Source of the DNA: Octopus bimaculoides
Lineage: Eukaryota
Direction of reading: 5' to 3'
NCBI RefSeq assembly: GCF_001194135.2
Contig: NC_068984.1
Location: 22,190,183-22,254,182, forward strand
DNA length: 64,000 bases
Part shown: in pieces, positions 37,761-51,240 of the stretch
Layout of the letters: the number at the start of each line of letters is the position of its first letter
Numbering within the stretch: the stretch's first letter is position 1
Notes under the pieces: generated by a model
What the model was told of the DNA's origin: nothing
What the model saw: only the letters and a program-made list of their open reading frames with translations
Databases searched by the model: none
Made by a program: the position numbers and the translations under genes

Positions 37761-39840
37761 CAAACAAGTACACCTTAATAAACATCATACAAAAAGTATT
37801 CACTTTAATGCACGCACACACGTATCTGTGTGTATGTGTATATACAAATATATACCGATATGTGTATGTATGTCTCTATATATGTATATATGTATGTAAG
37901 CGTGCGCGTATATGCAAATTCTCAAACATGCACATACTTTAGACGCAATGTAGCAGAAGAAACGCGGAACAGCTATGCATAGAGAAAGGGTAAGTGATGG
38001 AGACAGAGAGATTCATAATTTGTTCCAAGAGATGATTTCAACGAATATTAATAAATTGCAATATATTTATTATAAAAACTAAATATAATTCAAATGCCTA
38101 TAATAATGTACTTCAGTCTCCACTGATTCGAAATTTTCCCTGAAGGTAGCCATCGTTTAAATAATCTGGTCTATTTCTATCTATTGTCTTCCTCAACCAA
38201 TTTTAACCAGCGCGTTTTGCAATTCATTCTTCCTCTTCTTTTATTTGAAAGCGTATTTCGTTCGCTTCTCATCCAGAAAATCTCCGGTGAATTTTACAGT
38301 TTATATTCTCATCGTTCTCCTTGTTTAGGAGTACTGTGCACGCATATATACATGTATTTATGTATTTACACACAAGAATAGACATTACACACACGCACAC
38401 ACACATCACACACACATTCTTTCACATGCATGAAAGTTTCAGCGTATAAATTTTTGCGTAGGTGTGACTGTCTAATTCATTAACCCACCGATCTACACCA
38501 CCAGACAATCTCACGCAACTAAACCTACAACACTCAGATACATACAAACACACACATACATACATACACTCACACACACTTGCGGGCGTACGCACAAATA
38601 CATCTATACATCAATACACACACACACACACAGACACAAACTCTAATATTTGTGTATGTTACATATTTTTTGTTTGTTTCGAGGATATTAGAACGCCATT
38701 GATTATTTATAGAACAGGATATGGATATCTAAATAATCTTTATCTTCAATCTGTGTTTCCAATCAAATTTCTTGAGTTATCATGAATTGTTTGATGAATA
38801 ATTTCATTTATTACATACGAGACGATATTTCATTGGTATCTTTAGAAACAATATTATTATTTCGTTTTTGTAGCTGGTTTTCAAAATTCTTTATATGAAT
38901 TCATATTATTATTATTATTATTATTATTATAATTTATTAGTTGTCCTTTGGACCTGGCACATGGTCAGATTTTAGTGGAATGCCTTCTACATGGCTGATA
39001 TAAAGGATGCCTGCGTTTGGCCCAAGGCCACGCAATTTTAGATGAGGGTAGAGACGATTTAATATCACCCTGATGCATGAATATCGTTAAATATTATCCA
39101 TATAAGTTGGAATAAAAGCAACGCAAACTCAGGCTAGAGTTGAGCATTGAATACGGAGGGATGAAAATAAAACCAAAAGGCATTTGTTTTTTGTTTTGTT
39201 TTGGCGGGGAGTCAGCCATCCATCAAAACGTACGTCAATAATAATGATGTATTAAAGAAAAGCTAGGCCACACATTTGTGTGAGGGAGAAAGGCAATTTA
39301 ATCGATGTCAGTATTTGACATATTAGTTACTTCATTTACTTTGAAAACATGAAATTAATATCAACGAAATTTGAACTCTGAACATATTTACAAGGCTTTA
39401 TACTGATTCTATAAAATACTACCCCAAAATAATTGGCCCTTTCTAAAGAAAGGGCTAATTGGTTTCACATTAACTTTTTTCAAGGATAGTGTCGAGTCAA
39501 CGAGGAAGGCCCAAAATGGTCACTCTACAGCTTGAAATAACATCCCAATCTTCATAATATCTCAATCTATCGTCTTAAAGAAGATAAATCACAATTGATA
39601 ATGTTTATTCTCGGTGCGCTATGTATGAAGAGAAACCAGACGTACTCGTCGACACAGTTTAATTGATCATAGGACAGCTCATTCAGGGTTACCTTGGAGC
39701 CAACCAGCAGTGTTCAATTTAATAGATGATTGCTAGTTGCATATATCTTAATAATGTTTCAAAGTAGCAGACTGTATCTGGTACTTCAGTTTTCGGCAAT
39801 AATTTAAGTCCCGTCTAATTGACGTGACACGCACGCACGC

Positions 39841-39871
<31 letters not shown>

Positions 39872-39939
39872 GTGTGTATGTTTGCTTATATATCGATATA
39901 GATATGTATAAATACGCATGTGTGTAAAAAAAGGTGTGG

Positions 39940-39980
<41 letters not shown>

Positions 39981-41452
39981 CACATATTGATATATACATA
40001 TTTATATATACAGACATATATACATATGTATGTAGGTATGTATTCATACCTGTATTTGCGTTGTCATATATGTGCATGGATATAATTCGGTTTAATTAGA
40101 AAAGAATTGTTGATATACGTTGTAAATATATATTTCATATATTTCCTTAGAACTCTTGAATGTGTATAGCTAATGATTGTATAAGAAAAGTTTGTATTAC
40201 AATAATTACAAAACTGCTTCTGGTAAATTCCATCGCCAAGCAACGACTAGAGATAGAAATGACAAGAAACATGTCATGTAGTTATTGGCAACGAGAAATA
40301 TGGTTTTCTAAGCAACAACAGAGGCAAGAACAACAGTCACTTGGAACAATAGAGCAGGTGCGCAAATAATAACATGTGTAACAATAACAGTTTCATGCAC
40401 ACGCCTAAGTCTTCATACTTGTTGTGTTGAAGAAATAATAAAATCACGATGTTCCGTTTTAAATACTGATATGAATAAGATTTTTCAGTGGTGTCCAAAA
40501 TATTATATTAATTTGGAAGTCTCATATTGGAAGAAAATCAGATTTAAAGCAGAGGATTTTAGTCAGAGTAAAATCGAAGAGAGTTTCTAAGTCTCAATAA
40601 TTTCAGATGCAATGACGATTTCGATAAGTTTAACGTTTTGGACAGAGGTCATCCATCAAATATAATTTGTTATAGAAAAATTATCATTGAGTTTCTATAA
40701 AAGGCTATTTCTAGTCGGCATTATATTAGTTTCCCTTGTCAGTTTGATACACACACACACACACACACACACACGCGCGTGTCTATATGCTTGCTCTACC
40801 TGTCTTTGTTCCGATTTACTTAACTACTAGACAAAAAAAAAAAGAGGAAACGTAATTTCAATGCTTATTTTTAGAACTCATTACTCTTCTGATCAAATAT
40901 GTTCAATTCTTTACACGTGTACATTGCTTCTTTTCATTTATGGATAAGAGAATATATCATATTTGCGTGGGCTTAAAAGCTGATGATGATATCTCAATGA
41001 TACGACTTCAATGTTTTAACAAACTCAGATTTAATCATTACTGTACAGGTATACTTTACTGGTCGCACTGAAAGGTCGACATCGTCTTAATGAAACATTC
41101 CATAATACTAGATGTTATGAAATGAATGAACCTTATATCAATAAAAATATCAAAAGTTAAACGTAAAAATTTTACAATGCTTTATTACATTATTATTTAT
41201 CTTTTAAATATTTCCACTTTAGAAATACGTTTCAATCATATAAAATGATAATAATAATAATAATAATAAAAATATAGCTGAAATCGAACGTTATTTTTAT
41301 TCAAATAAATACTGGAATTAAGACAACTCATACTTTTAGAAAAAATACTGAAACATTTAATCCATTATTTTATCTTTCTTTAACTTGGGGGAAAAAGCTG
41401 ACATAATACATCATATAACATATTAGCTAGCGTCTAACAATACCCAATTTTC

Positions 41453-41618
41453 TCTCGTCTGTCTTTACGTTCTCAGCTCAAATTCCGTCGAGGTCGACTT
41501 TGCCATTCATCCTATAGGGGTCGATAAATTAAGTACAAGTTGCGTACTGGGGTCGATGTAATCAACTGGCTCCTCCCTACAAAATGTTGGGCTTTGTACC
41601 TATAGTAGAAAATATTAT
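41453..41618 (+). mobile_element. SINE family B, 5'-truncated
   Basis: TCGTCTGTCTTTACGTTCTCAGCTCAAATTCCGTCGAGGTCGACTTTGCC...GTCGATAAATTAAGTAC. Confidence 0.85.
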
Positions 41619-42812
41619 AATTGTTGTTGTTGTCCGGATGATGATGATGATGATGACATCTATGATAACTTTGCTACTACAACTACTACTATAGTATTAG
41701 TAGTGTATTGTAATAGCTGCAGTATGTAACATTATATGGTAATGTGGATAACTCGTAGTATTTCTTTATTAATTTATTTTTTGTAATCAACTTCGTCATA
41801 ATGTTCATTATTACAACAACTCCCACCTCCAGCTCACCCTACACTGCCTCAGTTATAGTAGCACCATCATTAACGACATCGCCGTGGTAGTAGCAGTAGT
41901 AGTCAATTAGAATAATAAGGTTGTAAATGATAGCTTTCCTTTTCTTCCTCTCCATCCGTATCTTCATCAACAAAAGTCCCACTAACGCTCTCACCAAAAA
42001 TTACCCATTATCACCAACATATCACTGAAATAATAATAATAATAATAATTATTATTATTATTATTATCATTACTATATTCATTCCAATAAAAAAAGACAG
42101 TATAAAAAATAACAAGTAGAATGTTGTTAAAGCCACAGTGCCGTGCACGAACCAAACCTTTAGGATATATTTTCTTGTTTTTGCTTTCAAACTTTCAATT
42201 ATTCCTTTAGTTCTATTATGTATTTTTGTATTCAATTATAATGTTTATTCATGCCTAAACTATCCATATTAACAGTTTTATGTAAGACGTGGAAAAAAAA
42301 TGCAACTATAATATAATTGTGAAATTGCTATAAATACATCTGGTTGTAAGAGTTATAAACAATGAAAAAATGCAAATATACGGCTAATATAAATTGAGCC
42401 GCCATATATATATGTGTGTGTTCGTGTGCGTGTGTGTGTCTGTGTGTGTGTCTGTGTGTGTGTGTGAATACTTGCTTGTATCAAACCTATGAGTGAGTGA
42501 GTGTATCATACTCTGAAAACACTTTAAAAGATGGTTACTTAACGTTTGAAGACATTCATGGCCTCATCTTCAGAATGAAGCAACGAATAGTGATGCATTG
42601 CTGAATACATTGCATAAGAAAGCATAAAGCAGAGAACGATTCTTATCAACATGAAGCCACAATCCTGCAAGCCACTGAGCGCACTTCAGGCAACTATTGT
42701 AATAAACAACGGAGAAATGATTAATTTTCTTTTCTTTACTTGATCCTACATTGACAAAGAAATCATAACAACACATTATAAAGAACACAAAACAAGTCCA
42801 GTTTGGGAAAAA

Positions 42813-43015
42813 TATTCTTTTCTGTTCTAGGCACAAGACACGAAATTTGGGAGAAGGGGCCAGCCGATTAGATCGACACCAATATGCAACTGGTACTTAA
42901 TTTATCGACACCAAAAGGATGAAAGGAAAAAGTCTACCTCGGAGGAATTAGAACTCAGAACGTAGAGAGAGACGAAATACCGCTAAGCATTTCGCCCGGC
43001 GTGCTGGCGTTACTG
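42813..43015 (-). mobile_element. SINE family B
   Basis: Reverse complement of the family B body up to TTTCGCCCGGCGTGCT. Confidence 0.85.
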
Positions 43016-43449
43016 CCATCTTACTGCCATAGTTTAAGAAAAATATTAAGTGACACCAGTACCATCTTGTACTGAATTCCACAAAACAATAATAGGTAAA
43101 GGATGGAAGATTATTGAGATACAAAGTATAAAGCGGAAGTCGACGCACTGATACAACGTACGAGAAATAAGCTATAAAATTCTGAAATATTTAAAACTAC
43201 TTTAAAAACCACAAATCATGAATTCATTTTCATGACTCTCTGTATAATTCATTGAGAATAAGAGGTCTTTCGTGGAGCTACTCAATCTAAACAAAGAACC
43301 ACTTAACACATATAGAAACTAGCTGACAAAAGAATAGCGAAAAGAAACGAGAAAAAGATATTAAACTGGAACACTGCCGTGTATTTAGTACAACATATCT
43401 GGAAGAAAAGTTCTCTCTCCCTGCCTGAGTGTGTGTGTGTATGTGTATG

Positions 43450-43571
<122 letters not shown>

Positions 43572-43843
43572 GGAGAGGGGGGAGAGAAAAATATGTATGT
43601 ATGATGAACATGGTAACGTAATAAATATATACATTGATGTAAATTGCCAGTACATAGATACGCTCTCTCACCCATACACACATACATATATACATACATA
43701 CGCACGCACAAACACGCACGCATTATAGCTTGATAAATGTCATTACGAAACTCTCAACGTTGAGTGACTTATGTAAAAGTTTGCCGATCATATATATATA
43801 TACATGTTACTCCCGTTTGTCCCGCAAAAGGCATATATATATA

Positions 43844-44248
43844 GGAGTGGCTGTGGGGTAAGTAGCTTGCTTACCAACCACATGGTCCCGGGTTCAGTCC
43901 CACTGCGTGGCATCTTGGGCAAGTGTCTTCTACTATAGCCTCGGGCCGACCAAAGCCTTGTGAGTGGATTTGGTAGACGGAAACTGAAAGAAGCCCGTCG
44001 TATATATGTATATATATATATATGTATGTATGTATGTATGTGTGTCTGTGTTTGTCCCCCCAACATCGCTTGACAACCGATGCTGGTGTGTTTATGTCCC
44101 CGTAACTTAGCGGTTCGGCAAAAGAGACCGATAGAATAAGTACTAGGCTTCTAAAGAGTAAGTCCTGGGGTCGATTTGCTCGACTAGAGGCGGTGCTCCA
44201 GCATGGCCGCAGTTAAAAGACTGAAACAAGTAAAAGAGTAAAAGAGTA
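43844..44248 (+). mobile_element. SINE family A, most intact copy
   Basis: A-box-like TGGCTGTGGGG, B-box-like GGTTCAGTCC, CORE-like CTTGGGCAAGTGTCTTC, internal (TA)n/(TG)n, and tail GCGGTGCTCCAGCATGGCCGCAG...GACTGAAACAAG(TAAAAGAG)2; sits in TA-rich flanks. Confidence 0.9.
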
Positions 44249-44651
44249 TATATATTATATGCACTTATTAATACGCACATAGATATTACATACAAAAAAC
44301 ATATATATGTATTTTTTAACGCTGAGATCAAGTTCCCAAAACTGTTATCAAATGAACTACAGTACAACATATTCTGCTATGATTAATTATAAAGACGAAC
44401 ATAGACTGAATGTGTGTGCGCATAAGTACCTCTTTGAGTGTGCATGTGTGTGTAAGTGCGTGTGAAGACTGTCAGAAGAGAAACAAAAATTACACTGGAT
44501 GTAAAACATCCATGAACACGCAAGCTATGCTATTTCTGATACAGTCCGTTTCTCTCACTCTCTCTTCTTTACGTCTCCTTTCCCCATCCATCTAACTCCC
44601 AGACTTACACAATACTACACTAACACAGTTATAATACAGATATACGCACAC

Positions 44652-44682
<31 letters not shown>

Positions 44683-45567
44683 NNNNNNNNNNNNNNNNNN
44701 NNNNNNNNNNNNNNNNNNNNNNNNNNNNNNNNNNNNNNNNNNNNNNNNNNNNNNNNNNNNNNNNNNNNNNNNNNNNNNNNNNNNNNNNNNNNNNNNNNNN
44801 NNNNNNNNNNNNNNNNNNNNNNNNNNNNNNNNNNNNNNNNNNNNNNNNNNNNNNNNNNNNNNNNNNNNNNNNNNNNNNNNNNNNNNNNNNNNNNNNNNNN
44901 NNNNNNNNNNNNNNNNNNNNNNNNNNNNNNNNNNNNNNNNNNNNNNNNNNNNNNNNNNNNNNNNNNNNNNNNNNNNNNNNNNNNNNNNNNNNNNNNNNNN
45001 NNNNNNNNNNNNNNNNNNNNNNNNNNNNNNNNNTGCACTCTACGTCATAAGCCTTATATCTTCGAATCATGCGCACGAATTAATACAGGCATATAACGTT
45101 CTGAAACGCCTGCAGGCTAGATACATAGGCATGCTCTTATGTTTCTGATTGAATATACGCATATCTCACTACATTTATATATATATATATATATATATTA
45201 TATAGCCATTTATTATTACATATAAGGACTCGGGCTGGTGCCTGGTAAACAAGGTCACCTATTCTCAGCCCTCCTCCTAAGTAGCAAATGATGATACATC
45301 TATTTCTGTTCATAGCTGCTATGTGTTAATAGTATGTTGGTATATAAATTTATAGCTCAGTGAACAGATGTAGACTGTAGGAGTCTGCCTTTACTTGGTT
45401 ACTGAATCTTTAAATGCACACACGATATGGTTACATGTTATATTTACAAATGGTTTGCTAGAAGGATAGATGCTTCGCTGGACATAATTTATCTAAATAC
45501 CTATATATATACAAATATATGTTTGTATGTGAACATACAGGTATTCATATATCTTATATACTCATAT

Positions 45568-45598
<31 letters not shown>

Positions 45599-45901
45599 CG
45601 TACCTTTATTCCTACAAACGCTAACACACACATACATACTTGTGGGTATATATATATCGGTGTGTATGTACATGTGTGTGTGTGTATGTGCGTCCATATA
45701 TACATTTATAACCGAGCATAAATATGTTTGTGACAGAGAATCAGTAAGATCATACAAAGAGAGTTGATTCGTCACGTGATGTGTGAGTCATTGAGGATAG
45801 CGCTGTTTCTCCTTCAGTGCCTTTTCCATTTGAAAGCTTATTAAATATGCCAAAATCCACTCACCTTGCTATTTACACATACATACATACGTGCACCTAT
45901 G

Positions 45902-45943
<42 letters not shown>

Positions 45944-47168
45944 CACTCAAATACACATTTTCATACATATATTAAATATGTGAATACATATGAATGCACA
46001 ATCGTCATCCATGCGTGCGTTTAGCAAATTAAATAAAATTTACAAATTAATAAGTGTCTACAGAAAGACAAGATGATGAATTAATTGTATCTTACAATAT
46101 TTATAGAAAGCTGTACACTATAAAACTTAAAACAATCGTAATGTTGTAGTTATTCCTGATATATCTTTTCCAATGTGTCGCAAAATTACATACAATGATG
46201 AATATGTATGATGTAAAGCAATTACAGTGAAGCTACCTTGTCGCAAGTAATTAAAATTCAACGATTTATTATCGTCTTTAATTGATGTTTCTTCATTTAA
46301 TTACAGTGCTAAAAGTATCTTTACAAATGACTCTTCACTGAAAATAGCGACATTACTAAATATTTGTAACTGCACATAGAAAACTATCCACAGTAAACTA
46401 TAACTGTAGTGTTTCGAATATATCTAAGCAATACAGAAGTTCTAAATATCTTCTAGCAACATATGTCTAGTTGAGTATGGCACTTACGTATCAAAAGTAC
46501 AACTGATTGGTTATGATATTTTATAGATGCCAGCGAGACACAAATTGAAAAATTTTCGCTTTAACAGTTTAATTTATTTATAACTAAACTAGCTTTTAAC
46601 TCCCTGCCAGCCCGACCAGACAAAACTCTTCTTTCTGTTTTTCTTTATCAGATATAGCATATCTTGGGCCACATTATTAAGTGTTTTCTTTCATTTTCAG
46701 GATACAGTATGCAATTTGATGAAGAGTTTGTTATTTCCGTAGAAGGGATAATCTTTAGGGTATAAGAATTGTAAGTGGTGTAGGGGTTACAATCACACAT
46801 TATGAAAGAATACTGGTGAAATGTCAAGGATTCAATAAATTGCAAGTATAACAGATCAGATATAATAATCTGAGTCAAGAAAAGAAACTATGCACATTAG
46901 TTGAAATCAATTGTCCAGTAATGCCAAATATTGTTACAGAAAATATTTATGTGAAACTGATGAGAAATTTGCAGCTAATCCATCGGGATTATAGCTTCAG
47001 ATTTCTAGGTTATAATTATTAGAGCACTAAGTTACGTGTTCTTGGGAAAATGGGTTTTACAAAGCCATTAAGAATAGGTCTAATGAAGAGATTACAACTA
47101 CGAGCAATCAAAAGTCACTGTCGCAATATGTAAAACATTCAAGAAATTTATCATTAAATAAGATGCCA

Positions 47169-47287
47169 TATCACGGCCATATCACGTTGAAAGCACCGGT
47201 TCTCGTCCGATCACCGAAGTTAAGCAACATCGAGCCTAGTTAGTACTTAGATGGGTGACCGCTTGGGAACCCTAGGTGCTGTAAGCA
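47169..47287 (+). rRNA. 5S rRNA-derived copy (retrocopy or SINE head; first 4 nt replaced)
   Basis: ACGGCCATATCACGTTGAAAGCACCGGTTCTCGTCCGATCACCGAAGTTAAGCAACATCGAGCCTAGTTAGTACTTAGATGGGTGACCGCTTGGGAACCCTAGGTGCTGTAAGCA: 119-nt span, recognisable internal A and C boxes, followed by TTCTTTTT. Single copy rather than an array. Confidence 0.93.
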
Positions 47288-47295
47288 TTCTTTTT

Positions 47296-47357
47296 CACGG
47301 TGGTGCACCAGCATGACCGCAGCCACTTGGCTGAAACACATAAATAAATAAATAAAT
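47296..47357 (+). mobile_element. LINE/SINE-type 3' tail fused to the 5S copy
   Basis: GGTGGTGCACCAGCATGACCGCAGCCACTTGGCTGAAACA(CA)(TAAA)4, homologous to the family A tail GGCGGTGCTCCAGCATGGCCGCAGTCAAATGACTGAAACAAG. Confidence 0.85.
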
Positions 47358-47401
47358 ATGCACTGATATTCTTCAAGTTATGAGTAGCTGTGCACATACA
47401 T

Positions 47402-47441
<40 letters not shown>

Positions 47442-50269
47442 GTTGATTTATACATATGTTAAGAAATTAGTGTAAATATTCTTTTCTATCAGATTTTTTC
47501 AAAGCGTGTATGATATCTAATATTATGTGAGAAGTTTAATTCGTAGAAATAACACCGGAATATGTCAATAATACTTACATTAATGTAGTGGATTATATTC
47601 ATATACTTTTCAATTTTCAAGTCTAATAATATAAAGTGTGTCTTTTAAGAAAAACCGAGTCGTGTGTATTAAACATACGATTCGATATTTTCTTTATGTT
47701 TAGCCGATGTACTCATAACTTAGTAATTTTTATCTCTTTTACTTAATGTTTTGAACTTCTGCTCTCTACATATTTATGTATACGCCTATCTCTTGTATAT
47801 TTGTTCTTCACCATAGCAGCTAAACATTACTACTCTATAGACGTCAGTTTGCAGTTGTGGTAGATAACATTTTGGAATCCCAGTTTATCTTTAAATCCGC
47901 CACAGTGGATGACAACGTACTCTTAACATTGGACTTATGCACATTTGGTTCCCTGCTATCTTTAAACATTAAAGCGATAAAATGTTTATGAGTTTTGGTG
48001 ACAAAGCTCCATCCCACCTCCCTCACGATATTCCCTCCTACACAAATCTCAAAGAAACCGAATAAATGACGGTATAACCCACATCCACAGCAGAGTCACC
48101 TGACGAACAAATAAAATTCTCTTCAGAGTAACCGTTAACCACTGCAACATTTGTGCTAGAATCACTATTAAATTAAAAACCAGATCATAGTATACACAAG
48201 TATATTCGTACAATGTTTATATACATGCTCTGCATACAGAATAAAAAGGGTTATGCCAGAGTATAATTCCTAAAGACTTGAAGATGGTGAGAATATTAAC
48301 ATGAAGTGTAGTTTTTTTGTAATCGTGACCGTTATATCGAATTACAGGACTTGCATACGCCGAAAAAGATCGAGGAGAGAAACACTTCGCGTACTGCAAA
48401 AAGGTTATGCATGGTATGTTTTCAATAAACTTGATAAAACCCAGTCACATCCGAAAGGTTACGTTTTTGCAAGCCAAGAGCAAAAACAACTACGAAATAT
48501 CCAGTAAACAAAAGACAGAACAAAGCATATAAGCTTCCAAGATGCAAGCGAAATTTGACATCAAGTAACACTTATGTGGAAAATATTAAGCATGATTAGC
48601 AGCTGTCCGAAAGCGTCATCCAGATATTGCCTCTTATTTTGATATGTCATTATTCCTGAAAGAATTTACAGTACAATCTGTAAGAGAAACTACACTGGGA
48701 TAAATATAACGCTCTTAATGTTCAATACATACGTACACTCAAACACAAAGTTTGTTGATTGGCCATTATCATCAAACCTTCGTTTAGGCGCAAACATAAC
48801 AGGACTGATATAAGTATTTGAAACTCAAAAGAAAACTCATGTAGTCATGGAGATGAGCTGTCCTACAGAAGTAAAAGCTTTTACAGTATCAGTGAGAAAT
48901 TCAATATTTTTGAACAATTGTTTGAAACTCTGAAGCTTCTCAACACTGATTATATCAATAATTTTTGTGTATTTATCTATAATAGTAATTTTTTAAGCGA
49001 CAAACACGAAAGGTTAGGATTTGCACGTAAAGAAAATGATTAACTAAAATGCATTTCACAAATACAATTGGGAAGTCGAGGGGAAAATTTATGGAACAAT
49101 TTTTTTTTCTTGAAATTCGGCATGTAATGGATATCACTTTCATTATCCAAATACTGGCGATTAAGATTTGTTTCTAAATTTGAAACTAGATTCTTCCATG
49201 TAGTAAGAATTCAAATAAGTAAAAAAAAAAAGTAAAAGAAGAAAATGAAGCATACATAAGTACATAGACACACACTGCTACTAGCTAACGTGGGCTTTAC
49301 AAATATAGTCTGTGAGCGGAACAGTAAAAATATGCAAGACTTTTCTGAAGCTCAACAAATAACAATTATCGTTGTTGTTATCCAAATTCCAAAGATGAAA
49401 AATTACATACATACATACATAGATTCCAATAAAATTTGTCACAGTTATCGCTACAGATTCTCTATAGAATTAATTCTGGCGTCTTAACAAAATCAGTGAT
49501 GGCTATAATTTCTATAGATCTATAAAGATAACCAGAACAAGTGCTGTAAAAGCACTGCTACCACAGTAGAACAGTGTTGACTTATAAAACCATTTAATAT
49601 ACTTTGTATATTATGGCTGCATAACGAAATACCGTGTCCTTACATGTCATTAATATTCTCATAATACTTTTCTCAAGTACAATATGTAACATTATTTTTG
49701 CTATCTATATTCATACATTGTAGCTTTGTACCTTTATTAGGAACCAAGAACTTTTTTACAGGAAGAATGAATTCAAATAATTAAAAATCAAATATAACAC
49801 ACACGTATATACATATCTTAGCAAAAGAAAAGCTCAGAGCACTAACAAATATTACCTAGCCATTTAATATAAATGTGATTAGATTCAGAATCATTTTATC
49901 GAGATTATAATGAATGCAGAATACAACAAGAAGAAATGAAGGTAGTACGATTAACCCTCCGGGAACATGAAATGCATTATATTAAGAAACAAATAGATGA
50001 AATTTCTTTATATACAGATAATGTCATTATACATTATTTTTATTTGTCTGTTAACTCTATTTACCATTTCAGTTTCCTGTTCGGTTTTCTTATTTGTCTA
50101 GATCAAATGCATAATAAAATGTGGTAAAGTTAACTCAGTCGTTAAGTATCTAAATCGTTGCCATCATGAATTCTGGTTTCGACTGACTACTAGGTACGAG
50201 GGAGCATTCGGTTTAATCTAACCTAGTGTCTTGCTGCTATATATACATACAAACATAATACATATATAG

Positions 50270-50508
50270 TTTTTCACTTCTTTAAATCAATGGACCATTG
50301 AACTGCAGCCATGCTGGGGTACCGTCTTGAAGAATTTAGTCGAAAAAGTTCGTTCGTCATCACGTTCTGAGTTTAATCTACTCGGAGGTCGACTTTACCT
50401 TTCATCCTTTCGGGGTCGATAAAATAAGTACCAGATGAGCACTGTGGTCGATGTAATCAACTTACTCACTCCCTGCGAAATACCAGGCCTTGTGCCAAAA
50501 TTTGAAAC
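50270..50508. mobile_element. Adjacent SINE fragments: family A tail (minus) and family B 3' part (plus)
   Basis: ACTGCAGCCATGCTGGGGTACCGTCTTGAAG is followed directly by CGTTCTGAG...GGTCGACTTTACCTTTCATCCTTTCGGGGTCGATAAAATAAGTACCAG. Confidence 0.75.
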
Positions 50509-51240
50509 TGTTTTCCTCCTTCTTCTTATTTGCAGCTTAAGGCAAGACACCACCATTTGCATTTCAGATCAGCTAACTTCCGGTAGTACATAGCAGGTTG
50601 CTGGAAAGGATATCTGCGATAAAATGATATCCTATCTAACGCAATATTTATCTTTAATCCGTGTTCACCTCATTAAATAGGAGCAGATTATTAATTTCAC
50701 TCGTTATAAGCAAAGAGTGCGACTTAAATATATATAAATATATTTCCCCCCTTCCCTCTCATATGTATAAAAGAGTGAATGGCGTTTAAGTTCGCAGTAG
50801 TTATTGCGTCTGTTTTTATGATATATATATATATATATATACATACAGAACGTCACTACTCGCTTTTATACTTGGTAAGCCTGACGTGTTAATTATTACT
50901 CATTAATATAGTCGGGTTCCAACATGGGCTGAACCAGCAAAATCTATCTACCCCACTTCACGGTCCATCACCATTGCTTCGAGGTCCTGGAAACATTCTA
51001 GGCCAGTGACTGCTATAAAGTTGTTCATGTGTGACGACGTTTGCCTCTTCTTACATCACCACGAAGTGGGCTGCCCAAGACTAATTTGGATGCTTCCAAT
51101 TGAGGGTGGCGCAGGCAGTGATCAGATAGTTATAGCCGTCTTTGCCTGACTTGTCACTGGATTCCCTTTAAGATATATATAAGTAGTATTTATCAGTACT
51201 TGAACATGGCTGTCCCTAGGAACTGAGGTTACTGCCATTC

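Noticed and set aside
43844-43915. tRNA gene
   Set aside because: tRNA-like A and B boxes but no cloverleaf, and it continues into a SINE body; the same applies to all SINE heads here.
46958-46972. Other isolated CTGATGA hits (also near 15386, 40980 and 56018)
   Set aside because: No properly placed stem II, GAAA and stem III; expected by chance.
47169-47287. Functional 5S rDNA locus
   Set aside because: Single copy, 5' helix I strand replaced, a helix II mismatch (CAACAT) and a retroposon tail; treated as a retrocopy or SINE.
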